Part shown: in pieces, positions 1-14,574 of the stretch | Numbering within the stretch: position 1 is the stretch's first letter | How the letters are laid out: the number at the start of each line of letters is the position of its first letter | Assembly (NCBI GenBank): GCA_964016885.1 | Contig: OZ024747.1 | Location: 84,754,001 to 84,818,000 of the forward strand | Reading direction: 5' to 3' | Source: Eledone cirrhosa | Lineage: Eukaryota | DNA length: 64,000 nucleotides | Notes under the pieces: model-generated | Database searches by the model: none | What the model was told of the DNA's origin: nothing | Seen by the model: only the letters and a program-made list of their open reading frames with translations | Program-made: the position numbers and the translations under genes

Positions 1-297
<297 letters not shown>

Positions 298-500
298 GGA
301 AAATGTTTGACCACGACGGCAGAGCTCAAGCCGTTTCGACAGCTAGTTCTGGACTCAGAGGCCAGAAATAGCCGTTGAAACGGCTTGAGCTCTGCCGTCG
401 GGGTCAAACATTTTCCTATTACCCACTCTACTACCCTAAGTATTGAGTACTCTAGTACGTTATGGTCCATCTAGTTCCTTACCACACCTTCTTTGTTATA
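298..500 (+). mobile_element. Fold-back fragment of PLE pseudo-LTR family A (3' half of HHR plus pLTR 3' end)
   Basis: arms 298-349 / 368-417 inverted; matches 43315-43375 and the reverse complement of 39566-39700; flanked by (TA)n. Confidence 0.8.
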
Positions 501-510
501 TATATATATA

Positions 511-741
511 TAAGGAAAAAAAATGAAATCAATAATGCAACTGGAGTCTTTTTAAGAATATTTATTTGGTTCCTTTACCGGTTTCGCTTTTCAAAAGCAT
601 AAGAACTGCGAAACCGGTAAAAGAAGCAAATAAATATTCTTAAAAAGACTCCAGTTGCATTTTCGATTTCATGTTTTTTCCTTATACTTTCACTCGTGTA
701 GGACATGCCGTTTTTTTTTCATTTTGAAAAAAAACACTCAT

Positions 742-750
<9 letters not shown>
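511..750 (+). mobile_element. Fold-back fragment, family C (Neptune-type pLTR end)
   Basis: arms ~511-588 / ~608-685 inverted; homologous to 44596-45412. Confidence 0.8.
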
Positions 751-798
<48 letters not shown>

Positions 799-932
799 CG
801 GAAACTTGACGTGTTTATATGACTATATAATCAATGTGTATATTTAAATGCAAATTTACGCTGGTGCTGCTAACTTTGTACCAAATGTGTACAGATATGA
901 ATCTATTATATATATATATATATATATATATG

Positions 933-1184
933 TGTAGGAGGTGAGTTTTATTGTAGTACAATAAAGCAATGCAGATATCGGATAAGAAGCACTCTACAGT
1001 TTGTAGGACTGGAGTATACATAATATATAAGAACAAAAGATGGTTAAAAGAGTTCCATGTATTTTATTATGCGCATTTCAAAAACAAATATCATCATCCA
1101 ATAATATTTGTGTTTTCATCAGATAAAACAGGAAGACATGATATGAAGGTTAAAAAACACTTGTGGATAGTGCAGTTTTAAATC

Positions 1185-1185
<1 letters not shown>
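933..1185 (-). mobile_element. Family B HHR-bearing element (single arm)
   Basis: near identical to 14134-14430 and 46809-47240; minus-strand HHR at 1060-1130. Confidence 0.8.
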
Positions 1186-1275
<90 letters not shown>

Positions 1276-1305
1276 TATTAAATAAATTTACTTCATCTTT
1301 TACAG

Positions 1306-1460
1306 ATTTGGCCGCAAAAAGGTGATCATTGTCTGTTTGCTACTCCAAGGAACAACTGGTATAATATCAGCGTTGCTATCCAACATCTACGTCATATATG
1401 GGCTACGTTTTTTGACTGCTGTTGGTGGAGCAGGATCTTACGTCCCTTCCGTTGTTTTTG
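1306..1460 (+). CDS. SLC22/organic cation transporter-family exon A (internal)
   Basis: ttttacag acceptor, g|gtaag donor; encodes (R)FGRKKVIIVCLLLQGTTGIISALLSNIYVIYGLRFLTAVGGAGSYVPSVVF, the MFS 'RFGRK' motif and TM3-4; 155 nt; phase matches exon at 49874. Confidence 0.9.
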
Positions 1461-2094
1461 GTAAGAGAAAACAAACATAAATATACTTCGTTATTTTATT
1501 ATTTTATTATAATCTTTATTTACTTATTGATTTCAGCCTATTACTCTTTAATTGATTTCAGTCATTATATTTGCAGACATTCTCAGACACATTGATCGAT
1601 GGTTTTAATTGATCTTACACATACACACACACACACATACGTATTGGAAGTGGTCTATCTTTTCCCTCATCTGTCCATGTAGTTGAATGGTTGGGTGCTA
1701 GGTTTCTGTTCGTTAGGTGATTGTTGGTGTAGTCTTCTGAAGACCTCTGTTTTACATGTTTTGAGAGTTAGATCTAAACGTTCATATATCTCAGGTAAAA
1801 AATATAGGCGATCGTCTGTAATTCTAGTGAATTAGCCCCAGGCATTCTGGTCCTTAGTCCATCATGGTTGAATAGCCTGTCATCTGTGTGGTATAGGATC
1901 TAGACACCATATGAATAGTTTTTCATGTGTGGTATAAGATTTAGGCACCAGATGAGTGTTTGCTGATAGGAAGATGGGGAGGCCGTAAAAGATACCATGC
2001 CTCCGTGCCTTATCCTAGTTTTCATTTCAAATTATCAGCATGGAAGACCGGCAACGCATTTCAATTGTCATATTATTACAGGCGCAAAGAGTTA

Positions 2095-2230
2095 CGGCCC
2101 TTTATGGTCTGAGTTCAAATCCCGCCGAGGTTAACTTTGCCTTTCATCCTTATGGGGTCGATAAAATAAAGTAGCAATAATACACTGGGATAATTGCTGG
2201 CCTTGTGCCAAAAGTAGAAACAATTATTAT
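2095..2230 (+). mobile_element. tRNA-derived SINE fragment (other copies 5865-6060 +, 6400-6640 -, 6667-6770 +)
   Basis: B-box-like GAGTTCAAATC followed by the shared core gccgaggttaactttgcctttcatccttacggggtcgataaaataaagtacc. Confidence 0.75.
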
Positions 2231-2549
2231 ACAGAAGCTGCATATAACTTGCATGGCAGAACACGTCTTCAGCAGCTGTTCCTGGCGATCACAACGATTT
2301 CAGCGCCCTAAGATAGTGTCATACCTCCTGCTTCAAAGGAACATTAATATCTCCAATGAATATCCAGATTCTTTGGTTCAAACTCTGGCACTTCTTTTCT
2401 CTTCGTCACCCATTCAGCCACCACAGCAAGCTGAATGAAATTGCTACCATTTCAAACATGTAGCAACTATTTATTTTACAACTCGCTGAGGATTCGTTGC
2501 TTGCTCTCGGCTTCGTACTTTCTCACGCATACGTCTTTTCATATTGAAG

Positions 2550-3550
2550 CCTTTTCTACTTCTCTCCTCCCCAGTTCAAGAATCACAGCTCTACAGTTCT
2601 TTCTAAGTCGAATGTCTGCCAGCTAGGGTATAGAAGATCTAAAACCCATGACATACCACCCTATACTGAGAAGCATCGTACACTCATGTGATTTCTTCAG
2701 TTCTTTAAATATTAGACGCTTCCTATTATGTGCCTAAATTATATTGCCATCCCAAAACACAGTCAACTAAACGATCAGAACCTTTTTATTGTCAGACTAT
2801 GCCATCGGGTCATAACGTTGTTTTTTTATTGTTGTAATATGGTTTCGGAATACGAGCGCTGCCTTCAAATCCATCTCCACCTTCCAGTCATTAGCACCAT
2901 GTAGTATTTACAGACATCGGCTTTTCTTTGTATAGTCCTTTCTTACGTTCCTTGCGCAAAACAACATAGTGCAATGTGATGTTGATTCTCATTGCATTGA
3001 TGGTGTCGAATTGTTGTTTTAATGCATTCAGTAAGGATATTAAGGTCTGACCTATTCGTTGACAAGCATACTCTGTAAGGGATGACTTGGGTGTTACAAG
3101 AATACATTCCAAAGATTCATAGCCTCCGCTGCGAAGACAATCAGCCGTGCCACACCAGTCCCACCGTCTGATAACATTGGGTGGCGGACACACATCTTAC
3201 GCCGCTCTAAGAAAGAATCGCAACATGACTGATTACATTTTTCATATGTTCCACAATAGCTTCCTTTGCTCAACTGTCTCTTGTGCTGCTCGTACGTAAT
3301 GGCTTTCCAGGCATACGCTATTAATCGAATCCTGTTCCCTTTCATATATGACAGATTTCTGTGTTCATAATATCTCGCTCATCTTTGATATTCTGGCGAA
3401 ATATCCATTATTTCGCGTTCGTCTCAGTTGCTCCCCACCCATGTACTTTGCACCACACCTATTATCTGTCTCATTTCTGGAATGGTCACTACCATCTCAA
3501 CAACTTTACACACATTCCATTTCCTTTTTGTCAACCATGTTGGCTGGGTC
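2550..3550 (-). pseudogene. Degraded RLE-type non-LTR retrotransposon (Hero/NeSL-like) 3' region
   Basis: minus-strand relics CPPPNVIRRWDW...LECIL and PD...KKVLIV*LTVFWDGNI..AHNRK, with many stops and frameshifts. Confidence 0.55.
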
Positions 3551-3881
3551 GCAAGAATAATGGTAAATGTCAAGTTGATAATCTAAATGTGGTACAATAC
3601 AACAAACATCTCAAATATAAGTCCAAATACCACACCAACACTAACATTTGGTCGTCCATAAACACTGTGACATATATTTTCAAATACATATATAAAAGAG
3701 TTTTGTAGTTTGCTTGAAGCAGTTTCTGCCCTGTCTTCAGAGACTCGATCGTTCCAATGTAGAGCAACATTTGCTTGATGATCTGAGTAAATGGAGACCT
3801 ATCGGAACCGTTCAGTATCATATATTCTGTCTGTTAAAGATGTCCCCTATCGTTTTCTGTGTGTGTGTGTGTGTGCGTGTG

Positions 3882-3979
<98 letters not shown>

Positions 3980-5329
3980 TGTTTATTGATTCTAAAGCCA
4001 CTCTTGCAGAAATTAGAAACATGAATTTTATAGCCATATTGTGTTTCACTAAGTTATCTGGATAGATGTATCAGAGCTAGACAAAAAAAGTATTAATGAT
4101 AGAGAGTCGCCCTGAAAAAAACCGCATGAGATTCCATGCACTGGGTTCGATTTCATCGACTTTTCACTTCCCCAAAATTGTCCGGTCAATGGGAGAACTT
4201 AGCTGTGAAAATGAACTAGCGTACTCACCATGAGGGCGTGGTATTTATTTCTCATTCGCATGTATCAGGCAGTGAATTGTTAGAACAGTGTGTGTCAGTC
4301 AAAAGGTCTTGTGGGATTTAGTATTTATAACACTTTACCGTGTAAGTGTAGTTGCGTATGTAGTTATGTAGTAGTGTATAGTGGTGTATGTCAAGTGGTT
4401 GTATATGTAGTAATTATAGGTAGTTGAGTGTGAATATTTGATGTGCAGTTGCAGTGCATGTGCAGTTTTTGTTTAGTGATATTTTATGTAGTGGTGTTGT
4501 GTACTTCTATGCATAGTAAGGCATCCACTGTATTGTATGTGAACTGATATATGAGACACCAAGAAACTGCTCGGCTTTGAACTTCAGAAAGAATACCATT
4601 ATCACAAAAAATCAATGCTCGCCGTAAAATGGAGAGAAGTGCTTACAGAACAAAACAAAACAAAAAAAAACTACGAAAAGAAATAGAAAGCACACAAAAA
4701 AAAACATTTTTAAAATTGGTGAAAGAGTTAGAAGCAAACACCGCCATTTTGTAATATTTTCTAAATCTTTTCTAGACAGCTTTCCTAGTCATCTTGTCTT
4801 GTGTTAAAATAGACCCAAACGAAATATTTTTTTCCATTTCCTTACATAATCATGAATTGTTGAAACGTTCTATGTAAAATTTGCATATTAAAAGCAATGA
4901 TTTGAGATAAAAAGTAAGCAACTGTCCATTTTTGGTCGCAGTGGTTTTTTCTGTCTCAAATCGGTGCTTATAATATGTAATATTATCTCACATGATTATT
5001 TTCAGAGTAATATTCCTTTTTCCAGTTTTCAGCTATCATGTTTAGATTCCAACTTATGTTTATGGATATATTGTTCTTACTTTTCATTCTTTCTATTCCA
5101 GTTGTTATATTTTGCTACCTTAGTTGCTGGTGTCACCACTCTCAGAGCAGTCGTTGTTGTTGTTGTTCTTGCAGGAATTTATTACCATAAGCGTTCACAA
5201 TAATATTATTATTTGTTTTTTTTTTGTTTATTTTTGTTCTGAATATTGTTATTATTGCTAATATATATGTTGTCGTTGTTGCTGGTGTGCATGAAGAGCG
5301 TAGTGACAACGGTTTTCATAGAAAACGGC

Positions 5330-5850
5330 AATAATAATAATAATAATAATGCTTTCTTTATTAACCACAAGGGTTTACACAAAGTAGACATTAAGGACAG
5401 TACAGGACAATACAGGACGGTACAAATGGGCATTTCTGCGTGTAAAAAAAACCAAAAAAAAACAGAGGATGTAATAAAAGAACAATGAAAAATTCCCCAA
5501 TAGGGAGGGGAGGACTTCCGAGGGCCATCGTGGAGAAAGTCCATTAAAAAAAGCCACGGTGACCCTGACCACCAGGGCAAATGTCCTCTCCCAGTTTTCC
5601 ACCTTCAATTTACAGGCATATACTCAGAGTAGGTCCATTCACTCGGGCCATTCTTGTCTCTCTCACCCATCTTTCAACAAAAGGCTGGGAAGAGAGCACC
5701 TCCCTCTCTACTCTGATTTTCCTTTTCAAATGAAATTGGAAATGATTTCTTTATTGGCCACAAGGGCTGACATCAAGAAAAACATTTCAGACGGCACAGG
5801 ACGGTACAGGACGGTACGATGTGGGTTTTGTGCGTGTAAAGATTTTTATT
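5330..5850 (-). mobile_element. 3'-end fragments of Tx1 elements in (AAT)n; a further fragment at ~6100-6400
   Basis: reverse complement of 24950-25352 (ORF2 end and 3' UTR) with (AAT)n tail. Confidence 0.85.
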
Positions 5851-7059
5851 ATTTATATAAGAGGGCGGTGGATTGGCAGTATCGGTAGAGGGTCGGATGC
5901 CATGTTTTCCAGCATAGTTACGTCCCTTTACGATCTGAGTTCAAATCCCGCCGAGGTTGACTTTACCTTTTATCCTTACGGGGTCGATAAAATAAAAGTA
6001 CCACTAATGCACTGGGTAATTGCTGGCCTTGTGTCTAAAGTAGAAACAATTATTTCTATAAGAAAAGAAGAAAAAAAAGGACATAGAAACATATATATAT
6101 ATATATTATTAACAATAAAAATGAAAATTGAAACAATGAAAAATTCCCCAATAGGGGGGAAACTTCCGAGGGTTACTCGTGGCGAAAACCACACAAAAGA
6201 CCACGGCCACCCTGACCACCAAGGCAAGCCCCCTCTCTCAATTTTTCCATTTCTCAAACTACAGGCGTATATTCAGAGCGGTCCCGTTCACTCGGACCAT
6301 TCTCGCTACATTCACCCACCTTTCAACAAACTTGCTAGAAGGCAGCACTTGCCTCGCCACCCTGATTTTCCTCTTCAAGTGAAACTTGAAAAGGTTAAAT
6401 AATAATAATGCTTTCTTATATAGGCACAAGGCCAGCAATTTTGGGGGAGGGGAAAGTCGATTAATTCGACCCCAGTGCGTGACTGGTACTTTATTATATC
6501 GACCCCATAATGATGAAAGGCAACGTTAACCTCAGCGGGATTTGAACTCAGACCGTAAAGGGATGTAACTCTATGCTGCAAAGCATGGCGTCCGACCCTC
6601 TACCGATACTGCCAATCCACTGCTCTTATTTATAAATAATAATAAATCATTATTATTTTTTTTTTAGGTTAACTTTGCCTTTCATCCTTACGGGGTCGAT
6701 AAAATAAAGTACCAGTAATGCACTGGAATAATTGGTGGCCTTGTGACAAATGTTGAAACAATTATTATTTTTTTGATAAAATTTGTGAGGAGGGAATAGC
6801 TTAGTAGTTATTTAGTCGACCTTCCGAGGAAATTTGAACTGTGAACGGTTATAACTAAATACTGAAATGACATTTTGTTTGGACTTTTTCTGCGCACTGC
6901 ACCATTTACTGCCTTCTGTACTAACTGCTGCACACTGTACCACATACTGCACATTGTACCATCTATTGCACTTGGACATTTGACAACAATAAAAATAACA
7001 AAGATTTCTAACATGGACAACAAGGTTGGATGGGGCATAGCCGATTTGATCAACCCCTT

Positions 7060-7515
7060 GTACATGTCAAAGTACATGTCAAAGTACATCTCAAAGTACA
7101 TTTCAAAGTACATGCCAAAGTACATCTCAAAGAACATCTCAGAGTACATGTCAAAGTACATGTCAAATTAGATGTCAAAGTACATGTCAAATTAGATGTC
7201 AAAGTACATGTCAAATTAGATGTCAAAGTAGATGTCAGAGTACATTTCAAAGAACATGTCAAAGTAGATGTCAAAGTACATGTCAAAGTACACCTCAAAG
7301 TACATGTCAATGTACATGTCAAAGTACATCTCAAAGTACATCTCAAAGTACATGTCAAAGTACATCTCAGAGTACATGTCAAAGTATATTTCAAAGTACA
7401 TGTCAAATACATGTCAAAGTACATGTCAATGTACGTGTTAAAGTACATGTCAAACTACATGTCAAAGTATATGCCAAACTACATGTCAAAGTATATGTCA
7501 AAGTACATGTCAAAG
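7060..7515. repeat. 12-bp minisatellite (TCAAAGTACATG)n, ~38 copies
   Basis: direct reading; variants tcaaattagatg, tcagagtacatg. Confidence 0.95.
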
Positions 7516-8006
7516 TTAGCATGGTTTCCAATTCAATATATAAAGAGGCTTAACTTAGTAACTACTTCTTCAACCTAACAACTTAAATCTAACAACATCA
7601 ACAACAACAAGATGATATTGAATCCATAAAATAAATGAATGGTTAATGCTGTCAACATTTGTTAATACACACACACGCGCATATATATATATGAACGATT
7701 CCAACCGTAACTATCCCCACTGAAAGTTTCGCGAAATAGTCTTTTTAAGACTATACAGAGCATTTGTAGTTTTTTCCAAATTGAAGGATGAGTATTTAAG
7801 GTTTATTTTATTCTGAGTTAAGGCTCTATTGATTTTTCCCTGGATTTCACAAAATTCTATGGATAAATCTGTCTTGATTTTTTTTTTATTGAGTTTGAAT
7901 TATTTTCCCACATCTTACGTTAACTATTTTTCCATTTTGACGTTATAGTCACTTATATACTATGGAATACTGATGGCTTCACGCTCACAATAATTTCTAT
8001 ACTTTC

Positions 8007-8142
<136 letters not shown>

Positions 8143-8178
8143 ATATATATATATATAATGTATGTGTATATATGTATG

Positions 8179-8264
<86 letters not shown>

Positions 8265-8289
8265 GTAATTTTAATAATAAATGTATATA

Positions 8290-9400
8290 CATATACGAAT
8301 GTCCAGAAGTTCTCGGCCTTAAATAAGCAATATGAATCACATCAAATCTCGTTTTTTAAAGATCTCGACAGCCAGAATTCCTTCATCTAAATATATTTAT
8401 TTACATCTTTGTCACCATTAAAACAGTGTTTGGCGTGCTCTCTTTTCAAAATTTTGAAAACTGATCGCAGGGCAGCCATCGAATTTCTGATCAAGGAAAG
8501 TTTTATTCCAACTTATATCAAACACCATGGAAGGTCTGTACACGAGTTCTTACACAAGTTCTTACACAAGATTCCATGCATCTAAAGCAACAAAAATCCG
8601 ATATTTACATGCTCCCCTTTACATGAATAAGGCGAGTGAAAGGTGGATACAAAACTTCTTTCTTTAGCTCAAAAAACAATGGGCTGTTGCAAGGAGTTTT
8701 GGGATTTTGTTACAGCAAAGAAATGGATATTATTAATTCCATTGTAACTGGAACTATAAAATTTGGTCTTGTATTACGATCCTCTACCCAAATGAGAATC
8801 CACTAGCCAGTGTCTCACGATTAAGTAAAGAAGTTATGAGAAGTTCTTTTTTTAATTGCCGGAGAATTTAGCAACGTTGCTATGGAGGGTGAATGCGGGG
8901 AAACAGAATTTTAAGAGGTAGTCAATTTAAGGCGGAGTAGGAAAAGTCAAGGTAAACCCCGGGCGGTACACACTCCAGCTACGTTACTGGAGTAATCACA
9001 CTAATTGATTTTTAAAGTAGGAAATATTAAAAGAAGGAATTAATGGTGAGAATTATGCTTCTTTATTGAACCACTTACAAAAGTTCATCAAAGAAAATAT
9101 ACTTTCAAAACTGATTTTAGAAACGAGGCTCCTCCACACCAAACACTAGCCTATACAGCTGTTATTACAAAGACAACAGGTCTGGAATGTGATTTCATAG
9201 AGAGCAACTACTACTCAAACATCCCTAAGTTGATAGCTAGCGATTATTTTCTATTTTCGAGTCAGCATTAAGAGGAGGAAAATATTCACATGATGAAGTG
9301 GATATTGCTGATTTTCAACATTCTTAGTCAAATATCATAGAGGACGATAACGGTGGCATTCAAAGGTTAAATCTGCGATGTAATAAATGCATTCAGTTAT
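8290..9400 (+). pseudogene. Highly degraded mariner/Tc1 transposase relic
   Basis: fragments RAAIEFL (8470), IVTG..W..YDP (8740-8785), IASDYFLF (9230-9260, SPDLAPSDY-like). Confidence 0.45.
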
Positions 9401-10252
9401 TAAGGGATTATATTAAATATTTATTTAAACTAGCAGACAAACAACCCTTCAGGTGGTTTTCTGCGAGCATGTCTAGTGTGTAAATTAATATTATACGCAA
9501 ATATATATGCATGTAGATATGATACGTCAAATGAAATCGTATTTGACAATATGCACAGAAATTGAACGAAGTCTGTGTTACACTGTCTTCTGTAATCAGT
9601 AAAGTAATCCATCATATATTTAAAAAAAGATGATATTATATATATAAACTAATTATATAATAAACTAAAATGCTATGAAAACGAAAAAGGAGAACATTAG
9701 CAACGGAAACATAAACCTTATATAATCATGCCAATATATGAACGTTTATATAAGCAATGTAATAAGTGTTATAATATAAGGGATGCTAACCGGAAGTGTT
9801 GACATTTGAACATTTTAAAGAAATGAATCTTAAAATAAGCGATCATTATATATAACAATATTTATATTTAATCAACAGCTGCGAAATTTAGTAAATAAAT
9901 TATATAATATTCTTTCATTATTTATTCAAAGTAATCCAACTTATTTTACTAACGGGATAAACAATATAAAACTGACGCTGTCCCACACCCCTCCCTTTAT
10001 TATATTATGGATTATTTTTCCAATTTCTTTAATTATCCTATGTCCGCCGAGAATATTTTGGCCTTCCTTTGTGTGTGTGTGTATGTATGCATGCATGTAT
10101 GTTTGTATGTATGTATGTATATAGGTGTGTGTGTGTGTGTATGTATGTATGTATATAGGTGTGTGTGTGTGTGTATGTATGTATGTATTATGTATGTATG
10201 TATGTATGTATGTATGTATGTATGTATGTATATATACATATATATATATATT

Positions 10253-10467
<215 letters not shown>

Positions 10468-10727
10468 CATATGTATATATATATATACATATGTATATAT
10501 ATATATATACATATGTATATTTGTATATATATATACATATGTATATATATACATATGTATATATATATATATATATACATATGTATATATATACATATGT
10601 ATATATATACATATGTATATATATACATATATACATATGTATATATATATACATATGTATATATATATACATATGCATATATATGTATATATACATATAT
10701 ATATATATGTATATATACATATATATG

Positions 10728-10775
<48 letters not shown>

Positions 10776-10846
10776 TATATACATATATATATATACATAT
10801 ATATATATACATATATATATATATGTATATATACATATATATATAC

Positions 10847-10877
<31 letters not shown>

Positions 10878-11034
10878 TATATATACATATATATACATAT
10901 ATATACATATATATATATACATACATATATATACACATATATATATATGTATATATACATATATATATATACATATATATATATACATATATATACACAT
11001 ATATATATATGTATATATACATATATATATATAC

Positions 11035-11085
<51 letters not shown>

Positions 11086-11094
11086 TATATATAC

Positions 11095-11139
<45 letters not shown>

Positions 11140-11140
11140 C

Positions 11141-11214
<74 letters not shown>

Positions 11215-11219
<5 letters not shown>

Positions 11220-13272
11220 ATTAAATAAATGGAAAACTATATTTATAAAACCATATTTATTTCATTATATATATTTCGGGGATATCATATTAACAATATG
11301 CTATGCCTTCATCAGACAAAATACAATATAAACAGTTTTATAGATAAATATATTCGACATACCGTAATAAACATCAACTTCATTTGGAGAGGTTTACGCT
11401 AGCAGTGAAAATACAGAGAGAAAGAAAGAGAGAAAGAAAAGAGGGAAAAAAGAAAGAAAGAAAGAAAGACAGAACTTTTTTAATTACGGCAACAACATTA
11501 ACAACTATAATAGAAAGCATTACAATAATTCCAAAGGACAAAAAAGAAATAGAACTAGGAACATAATTTGGTTTGCCCCCCCTTCTCACTAAACATTAAA
11601 ACCCACATCGCTAAATTATTTTTCAAAGCTCTTGATAATCGCTTCCCTAGAACACATAGGTATCACTCAATCTTCAATAGGCATACAATTAAATTAACCT
11701 ACTCATCCACCAAAAATTTAGCACAAAATATTAATAGAATAAATAATAGGAACTTAAAACCTACTGATAATAGCATAAATAATATACAAGTTAACAAATG
11801 TAACTGTAGAGATAGATCTAAATGTCCGTTAAATAACAACTGCTTAGTTAAAAATATAGTATACAATTGTAATGTTAATACTGACTCTAATTCTTTTAAC
11901 TACGTCGGTTCCACATCGACGGAATTTAAACTTCGCTATAATAACCACAAGAATTCTTTCACAGATCCAAATAAAAAATCTTCAACAGCACTATCAGGGG
12001 TACTCTGGCAACTTAAGCTAGATAACGTTAGATATTCGACGGCTTGGAATATAGTCTCAAGAGGGATTCCTTTTAATTCATCCTCTGAGACATGTGACCT
12101 CTGCGCAGAGGAGATATTCTTTATACTAAAATCTAAAAATTCCCTTAACCTACGGACAAATTTATTCAGTTGTTGCAAGCATAGATTAAACTCAACGTTT
12201 AAATATAAATTTAAATTTAAAATGTAGTATATTTAGTTTGATTTATATTTATATGAGAACTAGCCGATAAATCTTTTGATTCCTAAATCTTTGATTCCCT
12301 CTTTTTACTCTTTTTATTGTTTAATTTATTTTATTTATTTTTATTTTTATCTAAACATTCCTCATGAAAAATTAAGCTACCCTAAAAGCCGATGCTCCAA
12401 ATTTTTTGAATTAACCTTACACTAGATAAACTTCTATATTAAATATAGGAACATATGTAGACATTATTGGACATCATAATCTTTTTTGCGATATTCTTTG
12501 CTAGATGTGATTTGATAGATAATTTTTGGCTTTGTCTTGTAATGAACTTGGCAATATATTGTCAATTAACTTTGAAGGGTTGTTCTTTGTGGTTTATTTT
12601 CATTTTTATTTTTATTTTTATTTTTATCTTTATTCTTTTAGTATTGTAGTATTCTATAATATTTTTATTTTTATTTTATTTTTAATATTTTTATATGTAA
12701 ATTTTTAATACGTAATATTTTTTAATACGTATTTTTAATATGCAATATTTTTATTATGTAATATTCTTTCGTAATATCTTTTTAGTTTTCTATTCTATAT
12801 TTTTATATATTTTTACTTATTATTATTATTATTGTTATCTTTGTTTATAATATAATATATATTTTCGATTAGTATATTGAAATCTGCTCTCTATTTCTGC
12901 TTGATAGATAATCTTGTAGAGTAATCGCAAGAATAATAATATGCTCAAATTTTTATACCACATTGAGAATGTTTTCCGGTAACTTAGAATTTGCGGAGTG
13001 AATCAGTTGGATTCACATTGATGTTTGTAGCTGTCACATAAACATATGAATTTTTTAAAACTAAACATAAGATAATGAATTTTCACACATTGTGAATACT
13101 TGTTTCATTCAGGAATACTGATATTTACAGTATAGTGTAAATTTTATAAATACTAATACATTAAAACATAGGGTTTTCTACGCCTCGAATATGTCTGGCT
13201 ATTTTTAAATTTTTTCTCTCTCTATATCTCTCTATATCTCTCTATATTTCTCCCTTACATTAATACTTGAGC

Positions 13273-13307
<35 letters not shown>

Positions 13308-13875
13308 ATGTATCATTGATACACTTACTCAAAATGACCTCCCACTACCTAATTTTCTATATATATATATGTATCTATCTCTATTTCCTCTCTCTCTCTA
13401 TATATATATCTCTTTCTGTCTCTTTACATGAAGCTCTTCGCTTTATCTATTTTTCCATCTCTCTATTTTGTTCCATGCATTTCTTCTTTTTCTTTTTTCT
13501 TTTTTCTTCTTTTTCTTTTTCTTCCTTCTCTTCGTTCTGTCTTTCTTTCTTTCTTTTTTCCCTCTTTTCTTTCTCTCTTTCTTTCTCTCTGTATTTTCAC
13601 TGCTAGCGTAAACCTCTCCAAATGAAGTTGATGTTTATTACGGTATGTCGAATATATTTATCTATAAAACTGTTTATATTGTATTTTGTCTGATGAAGGC
13701 ATAGCATATTGTTAATATGATATCCCCGAAATATATATAATGAAATAAATATGGTTTTATAAATATAGTTTTCCATTTATTTAATATTGTAAATATACTC
13801 CAAATATTTGTCGAGTGCTTTTATATCAGTTATAAATATTTACTAGTTGTAACCCAACAATTTTAAATATAACTT
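11215..13875 (+). mobile_element. 5'-truncated Penelope-like element (GIY-YIG C-terminus plus pLTR) with inverted pLTR copy at its 5' end
   Basis: ORF 11568-12227 with CNC..CPL..C, IVY..YVGST GIY-YIG, C..C and CKH; arms 11215-11475 / 13533-13790 inverted; flanked by (TA)n. Confidence 0.9.
13677..13751 (+). ncRNA. Type I hammerhead ribozyme in pLTR (inverted copy 11254-11328, - strand)
   Basis: stem I tattgtattttgt/atgaaataaata, CTGATGA, stem II containing catatt-gtt-aatatg, GAAA, palindromic stem III tatata, TA. Confidence 0.7.
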
Positions 13876-13878
13876 TAC

Positions 13879-14085
<207 letters not shown>

Positions 14086-14133
14086 CATATATATATACAT
14101 ATATATATATATACATATATATATATACATATA

Positions 14134-14432
14134 ATGTAGGAGGTGAGTTTTATTGTAATACAATAAAGCAATGCAGATATCGGATAATAAGCACTCTACA
14201 GTTTGTAGGACTGGAGTATACATAATATATAAGAACAAAAGATGGTTAAAAGAGTTCCATGTATTTTATTATGCGCATTTCAAACTGCACTATCCACAAG
14301 TGCTTTTTAACCTTCATATCATGTCTTCCTATTTTATCTGATGAAAACACAAATATTATTGCATGATGATATTTGTTTTTGAAATGCGCATAATAAAATA
14401 CATGGAACTCTTTTAACCATCTTTTGTTCTTA
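14134..14432 (+). mobile_element. Family B fold-back with HHR at 14331-14400 (+)
   Basis: ttttat-CTGATGA-aaacacaaatat...atatttgttttt-GAAA-tgcgca-TA-ataaaa; arms ~14225-14284 / 14380-14435. Confidence 0.85.
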
Positions 14433-14471
14433 TATATATATACATATATATATACATATATATATATATAC

Positions 14472-14572
<101 letters not shown>

Positions 14573-14574
14573 CA

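Noticed and set aside
9428-10065. Possible Helitron/Helentron-type non-autonomous element
   Set aside because: Only a vaguely similar actagcag start; no diagnostic termini or second copy could be confirmed
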